Shown here: piece by piece, positions 12,301-19,913 of the stretch
Numbering within the stretch: the first letter of the stretch is position 1
Layout: each line of letters opens with the position of its first letter
Source of the DNA: Bugula neritina
Lineage: Eukaryota; Animalia; Bryozoa
DNA: 64,000 nt
Assembly (NCBI GenBank): GCA_964035545.1
Contig: OZ037765.1
Coordinates: 17,360,995-17,424,994, forward strand
Reading direction: 5' to 3'
The notes under the pieces: generated by a model
Database searches by the model: none
Told to the model about the DNA's origin: nothing
Seen by the model: the letters and a program-made list of their open reading frames with translations, nothing else
Translations under genes and position numbers: made by a program

Positions 12301-15300
12301 TTGATGGACAAAGCCAAGCCCTATGGGCTGGGCGTAGACATTGATAATATCTTTGCTTTTCTGCGGGCCCGCTTTGGCCTCTCGGCTACAGATGCCAGGG
12401 CCCGATTGCAGAGGTTGCGGCGTGATCCCCGCACCCCGCTGCGGGAGCATGCCGCCGCGGTCATGAAGCTGGCACAGATCGCGTACAGCGACTTGCCCCC
12501 AGTCAACCGCGAGAGGTACACCCTCGACGCTTTCATAGCATCTGTCGACGATCTGGGTCTCCACCACCAGTTTCTAGCTAGGGGAGTCACCACCGTTGAA
12601 GATGCTCTGACTGAGGGGGAAGCTTACCTTCTAGCTAACCAAATGCACAAAAGTCGCGGAAGCTCCCGCCAAGTGGAGATAGACCGCGCAGACACGGCCG
12701 CGGGACAAGAGGAGGAAACCCCCGCCGCGGCTGCCGTGTCCCAGTTGGCGACGGCATCAAAAGTCACTCAACTGACGGACATGCTAGCCAAGCTGATAGC
12801 AACACTGACACCACAAAACCCAGTGAGTACCGCCCCTGAGCCCATGCGGCCATCGGCGCCGCCACAGGGAGAAACAGTCAGTTTTTGCTGGGAGTGCGGA
12901 AATCAAGGACATTTCCGCCGATATTGTCCCTTCCTAAATCAGGGGTTAAACTACCGCGGCCCGCAGATGTTCCCACCTTCCGCAGGCCGACGAAACCTCT
13001 AGGGAAGAAGAAACGCAGGTCACCCAGACGGGTACCGCGTACTGGCAACCAACAGTGGCAACAGCCACGACGGACCAGCAAGGGGCTTCGCCCCGCGGCT
13101 GCCTTTTCTATGCCCCTTCACAACAGATTCACAGGGCTACAAGTCCAAGAATCTGGATGGGAGCACACAGAGGTAGCTGAGAATCTAGCCTCAGCACCCC
13201 CGAGGCCTACCTATCACCGTCCCAGGAGACCTCCTTCGCGACCCAAAGCGAGGGAGGTACTCCCTGCGAGAGTAAGGCCTGAAGGGAGAGTTCAGGTGCA
13301 GCCCCATGGGAACAGCTATTTCTTGCCCGGCAAACTGGAAGGCAAAGCTGTTACTTTTCTCATTGATTCGGGCTGTACCACAAACCTCTTAAGCCGCCAA
13401 CTCTTCGACACCCTCAGTGCTAGGGTCAGGGGCGAGATGGAAGCATACGAAGGGGAATACGGCACCCTAGCTGACGGGTCGTGCCTTCCCTTCTATGGTA
13501 TAATTGAGCTGACGGGACGAGTCCGCGATCAAACGATCCAAGAGACGTTCATCGTCAGTCAGCTCAAGGAGGATGCTATCCTCGGGATGCCGTTCCTTAA
13601 ACGGCACGGATGTCACATAGATTTTAGCAGATCTGCAATGATGATGTCCGGGCGGGAACTCGCCTGCGTCGACAAGTTCGGCTGCCCCTTAGTGGGAGGT
13701 GTGCAAGTGGTACGCAACCGTACCATACCAGGCCGCTCCCGGGCTACCATTCACTGCAGGGTGAATAGTAGCCGGATCTCTGGACTCGGGGTGGTTGAAG
13801 GCGCGCACGAAAAGATCCAACTTGCCAGCAGTCTGAATCAGCTGACTGAGCAAGGGGAGATCTTAGTGCAGTGCGTTAACCCCTTTACCGAGCCTATCAA
13901 GCTCCCGGCTGGGTCGATGCTGGGCCGTTTTCACTCTGTTCAGGAGGGAGACGTAGGCCCGTCGCTGGGTGATGCGACAGAGGCACTCCCTCGACACCCT
14001 ATTCAGGGACGAGGGGCAGTCCCAACACATCTCCGGGAGTTATACGAAACAGCCAGTGGCGGCTGCGCGAGTAACAGAGAGCGCCAAGCTATGGCCAAGT
14101 TACTACGCGACTACGGTGATGTGTTCAGCAGCGGAGAGCATGACGTGGGACTGACTGGAGTTGTCAGACACGAAATACCGCTGACTGCAGGGACAGTCCC
14201 TGTCCGGCAGCCCACGCGCAGGCTGGGGCCGGAGAAAGAGAAGGAGGTTAGCCGACAAGTACGGGATCTTCTGGACCGGGGACTGATAGAGCCCGCCCAT
14301 AGTGCGTGGAGCTCGCCAGTCGTACTGGTCCGGAAGAAAGACGGCAGTTGGCGGTTCTGTGTGGACTACCGCAAACTCAATAGCGTAACCATACAGGACG
14401 CCTACCCTCTACCTCGTATTGACGAGTCATTGGACGCCCTAGCCGGCAGCAAGTACTTCAGTACGTTAGACTTGCTAAGCGGCTATTGGCAGGTTCCTCT
14501 GAGTCCCGACGCCCAGGAGAAAGCGGCGTTTATCACACGGGACGGTTTGTGGAAGTGGAAGGTGCTGCCCTTCGGGTTAACCTCCGCCCCAGCCACCTTC
14601 CAGAGGCTGATGGAACAAGTCCTTAGCGGACTCCATTGGAAGACACTGCTGGTCTACCTCGATGATGTCATCGTAATCTCTCCAGACTTCGAGACACATG
14701 TCAGTCGTCTGCAGGAGGTTTTCGAGAGACTCCGAGGTGCCGGTCTTAAGCTCAAACCTTCCAAGTGCGCTCTATTGCAGTCGGAGGTCAAGTACCTGGG
14801 GCACGTTGTCGGTCGAAACGGCGTGGCAACGGATCCCGAAAAGGTACGGGCAGTAGAAGACTGGGTCACCCCCCAAGACTTGACCGGACTCCGGGCTTTC
14901 TTGGGGCTGGTAGGGTATTACAGGCAATACATACCAGACTTTGCGGGCATAGCCCAGCCGTTAAACCGGCTCACCGCAAAGGGAGTGACGTGGCAGTGGA
15001 CTCCAGTCGAACAAGAAGCGTTCGACCGCCTCAAGGGCTGCCTACTAACGGCACCCATCTTGGCCTACCCAGACCCCACTCTGGAGTACATCCTAGACAA
15101 GGACGCCAGTGACCAGAATGTTGGCGCTGTGTTGTCACAAGTGCAGGAAGGCCGAGAGGTAGTAGTAGCCTACTACAGCAAGTCTCTCTCTCCCGCTGAA
15201 CGAAATTACTGCACTACCCGCAAGGAGCTGCTGGCAGTAATCAAGTCAGTGAAGCACTTCAGACCATACCTATATGGCAGGAAGTTCCGGCTGCGTACGG

Positions 15301-18300
15301 ATCATGCCTCGCTGATCTGGTTGTGCAAGAGAGCAGAGCCCTCTAGTCAGGTCGCCCGGTGGCTCGAAATCCTAGCTGAATTCTCATACCGGATCGAACA
15401 TCGACCGGGCAAGAGACACAGCAATGCGGATGGGTTGAGTCGCCGACCTGACGGAGGTTGCAAACAGTGTCTCAACATCGAGAGGACGGATGGAGGTCCC
15501 CCACGATGCGAGTTGGAGACGCTGGCTCATCACGGAGCATCATTTGACTGGGATCAAGGTCAACTCAGGCAGAGAGTTGATGAGTCCCCGGAGGATGTAC
15601 AAAACCTCCGCGCCAACCCTGTACTGGCCGGTAATGTTCGAGAGCTGAAGAAGCTCCAAGAAGAGCTGCCTGGAGTCGTGGCAGACATATACCGGGCCAA
15701 AAAGGAAGGGCGACGACCCAGCGAGGAACGCATACGACAGGGATGCGCCGAGCTCCGGCTATACTGTCAGCGTTGGGACTCGCTGCGGATCGAGCAGGAT
15801 GGGTTGCTAACCATCTCTCTAGCTGCCAGCGGCAGACACCCGGAAAGGAAGAGGGTAGTCTGCCCCACAGCCATCCGCCGTGAGTTGATTTGGGATACTC
15901 ACAAGCAGGCCCACGCAGGGGTCAAGCGAGTGATATCCAAATTACGACTCCGGTGGTATTGGCCGCAGATGGAGCGTGACGTCCGGCTCAGAGTCAAACA
16001 GTGTGAGATCTGCCAGGCCAGTAAGCATAGCCGCCCCCCTGGTGAAGCAGGACGGCGGAGGCTATATGCTGGTAGGCCCTGGCAAGTAGTCGCTGTAGAC
16101 CTGGTCGGACCCATGCCCATGACCCCCAGAGGCAATAATTGGATCCTAGTACTAACCGACCACTTTACTAGGTGGGCGGATGCTCTGGCGATCCCAGATG
16201 CATCAGCCCCAACAGTGGCCAGGGCACTAGACCAACATGTATTCTGTTATTTTGGGCTTCCCGAACAGATACACTCTGATCAAGGCGCTCAATTCCAGTC
16301 TCAACTGATGAGCGACCTTTGCCACCTCTGGGGAGTAAATCAGAGCAGGACCACCCCCTACCACCCTCAAGGTAACGGGGTGGTAGAGCGCAACAACCGG
16401 ATGCTAGGTGATGCACTCCGGAGTCTCCTCCTTGGACGAGGTCAAGAGGAATGGGATACGGTGTTGCCGCAAGTCATGCGTGCATACCGTAGCACCCCAC
16501 ACACCAGTACTGGCGAGACCCCAAACCTCTTGATGCTCGGGAGGGAGACTCGTGTCCCTGACCATCTCACCTATCACGTTCCAGAGCAGGATAACTCAGT
16601 CCATGAGTATGCCAGTGAACTAGTGGAACGGATGAAGGCCGCACACGAGATACTGCGTCAACAGCAGTGGAAGGTGCGGCACGAGGATTCCGATGAACCC
16701 CCTCTCTACCAAAGGGGAGATAAGGTGTGGATGGTCAATTACCGTAGGCGCCGCGGACAGGCTGATAAGCTGAAGCCTAAGTTCGTAGGCCCCTACGTGG
16801 TCATCGAGGCTATGCCCAATCATACGTACAAGATCGAGCGCTCAGGACAGGTATCTATCCAGAATGAGTCTCGCTTGAAACCGTATTGGGCTAGCCCCGG
16901 CGGAGTGGGAGAAGCCCCCCCGTTGTTAGAGCCCAGAAGGCAGACAACAACGCGCGGGCGACGGCGGCATGGACCTGAATACGAAGTGGTCATACCGCGG
17001 GAAGAAAACTTGGTGAGAGAGGAGCGGCAGCTTCTACCAACAGAAGCGTATCCGCCACCGCCAAGTCTAATTCCATCACTTCCAGAAACCGAGCCGGTTC
17101 CGGAAGTGCAAACCCCCACGGAGGGAGGGGCTCCATCCGGAGAACAAGAAGAGGTGACTGCTGACGGTGAAGTAGAGACGCCATTAGAGGCCCCTACTAA
17201 CGAACCGGCAAACGTGTCACCCCCCCTAGAAAGGGGACAGCGTACGAGGCAACCCCCCGCATACTTAAAGGACTTCGTATGTGACTGCGTTAAAAGCGGC
17301 ACACATGAAAGTCTAGGGGAAAACCGTACGAGAAAAGAATCGAGCAAATGTGGGAGTTGTCAACACTACGGAAATATCAACTTTTGTATCGGCGGAAATA
17401 GAAACAAAATTCATCCGCCGGGTGCACAAAGTCTTAATCACGCACCCCAACCACGTTGCTCGATCTTTTCATACGCTGATGCAGTCAAGAGTAGACGTGT
17501 TTCTAAGCAGTAGTTCAAACCATTTCACATATTCAGTATGTCTTACGACAACAGATCGTGGGGTGAGTTAACTATATCTTAATACGAAACTAGATTGCAT
17601 CGCTCAGCTCTGACTCACTGAGTCAATCGAGCTGGAGATAGGTTAGTGAAATACCGTAGTAAGAACTCAGTTTGACTTAGAGATTTTTATAATCTCATTG
17701 CAATACGGTTCTATCTGACTATTCACTATCGTTAATCTCTACGAGGTAACTGAATTAGGAGTTGCCAAGCTGTCCAAGCTGACAACACAGCAGTGTACTG
17801 TACTAACACTGTTGAAACTTTTTCAGATTACACTCGACCCGCTACAACCAGGGTACGGGATAGAACACTTCCCGCTCCGTATCCGGAGGACTATGCTAGT
17901 GGTGACCGGCCTGAGCCACTACGCCGCCGTTGGCGGTGGGTGTCTCCACAAACCGAGGAAGAAATAGAAACAGCCTGGGGGTCCAGAGGACGGACGAGAT
18001 GCCAGATATGTGGTGAAGATTGCGCCTCTCACCGCTCCCTTAAACTACACGTCAATGCTCATCTCCTACTGACCTTCTGCCCCTGCGGGTACAATGATGT
18101 GTATCCCTACCCCGTCACCAGACACAGAGCGGCGGGCTGTTTCCCTGGAGAAAACTATGTGGTCGACGCTAAGCTGTACCCGGAGTTCCTCACACATATA
18201 CGACCTCTGGTAAAGAAGGCCATGCTATTAGCCGTTCTATCCTCGGGGTTCCAACGTGTGTTAGACAACGCCCGCCAACAATCCCCGTTGGTGTCTGACC

Positions 18301-19513
18301 GCCCTCAGATTACATACACCCCCGAGGAAACTACATATCCAGAAGAAGGAGAGATCTCCCCTACCCCGGCGAAGAGACGGACCAGGTCCCCCAGTCCACC
18401 CTTACGCCGCAGACGGACACCATCCCCCGACCCGGTACGACTAGCCACAGTAGAAGAACGCCTCCTACGATTACAAGAAGAGTTCACCCAGCTGGCACCA
18501 GACCTACTTAACACTACAACAGGACTCTTCCAGCTCAAAGGATCCGTATGCCGTATGAAACGGAAACTGCGTACATGCCAAGCCAAGCACCGGCGTGCCC
18601 AACAAGGACTCTAGTTAGACTACCCGGAGTACTCCAACTCCGCCTCTTGGGAGAAGCCCAGATGTCATGTAAATGTTTGACTGCTTAACAGGTTATCCCC
18701 TGTCTAACACCACAGCTAGCTAGTATTCCTCGTCTATCTACAGCTGGCCAATTGTATGCAACGGATCGTTATAATGACTCTGTCTATTATTATGTCTCTT
18801 CCTGTATATTACGTATTATTTTGTCCACTGATGTATGCAATTACTATTGAATGTTTTTTTTTATATATATATCAGAAAGATGGCTTTCTGCTGGTGGGGG
18901 CGGTGTGGTGGTTCGTGGAACTACCAGCAGCACAACATGTAGGGTCGCGTAATTGACCCGGAACAATGGATAGCCAATTAGCGTAGTTGATAGTTAGCAG
19001 CAATTGTAGTTTCCCGCTGCTAACTCAGTCGAAGCTAGAGTGTGAAATAGATTAGATGTGTAACTTGTTAGAAATAATGTATCGTGTTTTTATGATGTAT
19101 AGTTGTGTATAAAATATACTCGTTCACTCGACTTAGCCTGGTGCAGTTCTATACTAGATAAATAGACTCTCTGGATAGCATATCAACCCTAATCTGAAAA
19201 TCATAACAATACATAATATATTCTTGTTTTCAAAGTGAATATATTTTGTGTGAGTATGTGCTGAAATGATTTGGGATTTCTGATTTCGCACAAAATTTAA
19301 TATTTAACAAAATTGTTTAGGCATACAAACTTTAAACAGTATACATGTAGATAAAAACAAATATATTATATAAGAATATTTTAATAATGCATAAGTGAAG
19401 TGTGTCGGGGATTCTTTAATATTACTACTTTATGACACTGATACATGATTACCTTCAGGTTTTGTGTAAACAAGAACTTTTACAGTAAAATTGCCATTGG
19501 GGCGACTTGCCAT
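9326..19513 (-). CDS. Divergent NRF1/Ewg-type DNA-binding-domain protein, about 226 aa; exons 19513-19453, 11341-11310, 11116-11057, 10832-10751, 10282-10200, 10105-9937, 9770-9675, 9530-9463, 9355-9326
   Basis: All nine exons have GT-AG borders with compatible phases. Motifs KKRNFEKEAEDKRQRRLCR and IDIKKLSCQDMKKLISQLVIHS-DVKNPRSIWGVDKHKPCWWPKSQKF...ALEILSSALEWYK parallel NRF1 (KKRKR..FE....RKRQQTRLLRK; VDKMTQAQLRAFIPEMLKYST..KPGWGKESCKPIWWP; ALRTIVKNCYK). The exon 4 acceptor is weak (AAG). Confidence 0.7.
11707..12011 (+). repeat. 5' LTR (305 bp)
   Basis: TGTGGTGGTTCG...ATCATAACA, with no differences from 18904-19208 by eye. TATA-like TATAAAA at 11911-11917. Confidence 0.97.
12013..12030 (+). 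promoter_or_regulatory. Primer-binding site complementary to the tRNA-Leu 3' end
   Basis: TGGTGGCAGCGGTGGGAT starts 1 nt after the LTR. It is the reverse complement of ATCCCACCGCTGCCA-CCA, the 3' end of eukaryotic tRNA-Leu(AAG). Confidence 0.88.
12043..13002 (+). CDS. gag: Gag (capsid + CCHC zinc knuckle), 319 aa
   Basis: KAPTFTGEEEVEQFIQEF...W capsid-like start and nucleocapsid knuckle CWECGNQGHFRRYC. Confidence 0.95.
   Translation: METENAGTQPPAIEGERRDNAVETIPVNHVVEERRVPRELAEDRYRLKAPTFTGEEEVEQFIQEFSDVMDVAQWPPRVALLKLRMALMDKAKPYGLGVDIDNIFAFLRARFGLSATDARARLQRLRRDPRTPLREHAAAVMKLAQIAYSDLPPVNRERYTLDAFIASVDDLGLHHQFLARGVTTVEDALTEGEAYLLANQMHKSRGSSRQVEIDRADTAAGQEEETPAAAAVSQLATASKVTQLTDMLAKLIATLTPQNPVSTAPEPMRPSAPPQGETVSFCWECGNQGHFRRYCPFLNQGLNYRGPQMFPPSAGRRNL
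12945..13006 (+). promoter_or_regulatory. Predicted -1 ribosomal frameshift signal (G_TTA_AAC plus hairpin or pseudoknot)
   Basis: pol is in the -1 frame relative to gag and has no ATG in the overlap. The heptamer at 12945-12951 is in the gag phase, followed by a 5-nt spacer and an imperfect stem 12957-12967/12979-12989. Loop TTCCC is complementary to GGGAA at 13002-13006. Confidence 0.7.
12945..17513 (+). CDS. pol: Pol polyprotein: aspartic protease, reverse transcriptase (RT), RNase H, integrase
   Basis: Protease FLIDSGCT; RT WRFCVDYRKLN, LPFGL and YLDD; RNase H LDKDAS...ELLAV...TDH; integrase H-H-CEIC, VAVDLVG, IHSDQG and ERNNR, plus a GPY motif. The ORF is uninterrupted. Confidence 0.97.
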   Translation, partial: VKLPRPADVPTFRRPTKPLGKKKRRSPRRVPRTGNQQWQQPRRTSKGLRPAAAFSMPLHNRFTGLQVQESGWEHTEVAENLASAPPRPTYHRPRRPPSRPKAREVLPARVRPEGRVQVQPHGNSYFLPGKLEGKAVTFLIDSGCTTNLLSRQLFDTLSARVRGEMEAYEGEYGTLADGSCLPFYGIIELTGRVRDQTIQETFIVSQLKEDAILGMPFLKRHGCHIDFSRSAMMMSGRELACVDKFGCPLVGGVQVVRNRTIPGRSRATIHCRVNSSRISGLGVVEGAHEKIQLASSLNQLTEQGEILVQCVNPFTEPIKLPAGSMLGRFHSVQEGDVGPSLGDATEALPRHPIQGRGAVPTHLRELYETASGGCASNRERQAMAKLLRDYGDVFSSGEHDVGLTGVVRHEIPLTAGTVPVRQPTRRLGPEKEKEVSRQVRDLLDRGLIEPAHSAWSSPVVLVRKKDGSWRFCVDYRKLNSVTIQDAYPLPRIDESLDALAGSKYFSTLDLLSGYWQVPLSPDAQEKAAFITRDGLWKWKVLPFGLTSAPATFQRLMEQVLSGLHWKTLLVYLDDVIVISPDFETHVSRLQEVFERLRGAGLKLKPSKCALLQSEVKYLGHVVGRNGVATDPEKVRAVEDWVTPQDLTGLRAFLGLVGYYRQYIPDFAGIAQPLNRLTAKGVTWQWTPVEQEAFDRLKGCLLTAPILAYPDPTLEYILDKDASDQNVGAVLSQVQEGREVVVAYYSKSLSPAERNYCTTRKELLAVIKSVKHFRPYLYGRKFRLRTDHASLIWLCKRAEPSSQVARWLEILAEFSYRIEHRPGKRHSNADGLSRRPDGGCKQCLNIERTDGGPPRCELETLAHHGASFDWDQGQLRQRVDESPEDVQNLRANPVLAGNVRELKKLQEELPGVVADIYRAKKEGRRPSEERIRQGCAELRLYCQRWDSLRIEQDGLLTISLAASGRHPERKRVVCPTAIRRELIWDTHKQAHAGVKRVISKLRLRWYWPQMERDVRLRVKQCEICQASKHSRPPGEAGRRRLYAGRPWQVVAVDLVGPMPMTPRGNNWILVLTDHFTRWADALAIPDASAPTVARALDQHVFCYFGLPEQIHSDQGAQFQSQLMSDLCHLWGVNQSRTTPYHPQGNGVVERNNRMLGDALRSLLLGRGQEEWDTVLPQVMRAYRSTPHTSTGETPNLLMLGRETRVPDHLTYHVPEQDNSVHEYASELVERMKAAHEILRQQQWKVRHEDSDEPPLYQRGDKVWMVNYRRRRGQADKLKPKFVGPYVVIEAMPNHTYKIERSGQVSIQNESRLKPYWASPGGVGEAPPLLEPRRQTTTRGRRRHGPEYEVVIPREENLVREERQLLPTEAYPPPPSLIPSLPETEPVPEVQTPTEGGAPSGEQEEVTADGEVETPLEAPTNEPANVSPPLERGQRTRQPPAYLKDFVCDCVKSGTHESLGENRTRKESSKCGSCQHYGNINFCIGGNRNKIHPPGAQSLNHAPQPRCSIFSYADAVKSRRVSKQ
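17538..18614 (+). CDS. Accessory ORF3 of the Gypsy element: spliced zinc-finger / Arg-Ser-Pro / leucine-zipper protein (main exon 17827-18614; first exon 17538-17562 or gag 12043-12085)
   Basis: Branch point TACTAAC at 17801-17807 and acceptor CTTTTTCAG| at 17826. Two phase-1 donors (G|GTGAGT at 17562 and AAG|GTGAGC at 12085) both join in frame. Contains C-x2-C-x12-H-x3-H and C-x-C-x12-H-x4-C. Confidence 0.8.
18892..18903 (+). promoter_or_regulatory. Polypurine tract
   Basis: G-rich TGGTGGGGGCGG abuts the 3' LTR. Confidence 0.75.
18904..19208 (+). repeat. 3' LTR (305 bp)
   Basis: Copy of 11707-12011, followed by the TSD ATAC. Confidence 0.97.
19243..19419. mobile_element. Truncated copy of the TTAA MITE found at 54672-55172
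   Basis: Shares TGTGTGAGTATGTGCTGAAATGATTTGGGATTTC and the terminus GCATAAGTGAAGTGTGTC(G/A)GGGATTCTTTAA. Confidence 0.8.
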
Positions 19514-19672
19514 CTTTAGAATCTAAAGTTTTAAAAGCATGGTACTTTAGCAATAAGAAAACACAGTAAAATTTCGTGAAACAAAATAAAAAGCAAAATT
19601 ACAACCAAAACTGCACCTAATAATTTATATTGAGCAATTTTAATATTTCATTCAGCATCAAATATTGATACT

Positions 19673-19913
19673 ATATGTGACCTCCCACCACAAAACAGGG
19701 AACGTTGGTCAGTTTTTTAGAATTGAGTTATTAGTATAGAGTTAAAGAGCAGATCTTTGCAATCGTTTTGCAATTTATTTGAAGTCTCTAGTGCAAATAG
19801 AACTCGAGATATTGATATTCAAAAGCCTTGGCGCTTTTAAAACAGTCAATTCACGTTTTTGAAAAATTCGCTTTTAAAGTAAGCAAGTCAGGAATAATTT
19901 ATGGGTCACATAT
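19673..19913. mobile_element. Short non-autonomous DNA element with ATATGTGACC terminal inverted repeats (TIRs)
   Basis: ATATGTGACC at 19673-19682 and GGTCACATAT at 19904-19913. Superfamily not assigned. Confidence 0.5.

Larger units (their letters stand above)
11707..19208 (+). mobile_element. Full-length Ty3/Gypsy LTR retrotransposon (7502 bp) with an extra 3' ORF
   Basis: TG...CA LTRs, 4-bp TSD ATAC (11703-11706 and 19209-19212), primer-binding site, polypurine tract, gag, and pol in PR-RT-RH-IN order. Confidence 0.98.

Noticed and set aside
16820-17347. 175-aa antisense ORF and other shadow ORFs within gag-pol (12181-12593, 14765-15112, 15899-16416, 18305-18586)
   Set aside because: Expected by-products of GC-rich coding sequence, with no domains or independent signals.
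17793-18614. ORF3 as an envelope (env) gene, or as starting at the GTG at 17793
   Set aside because: It has no signal peptide or transmembrane anchor and carries zinc fingers instead. The first 11 codons overlap the branch point and polypyrimidine tract and are best read as intron.
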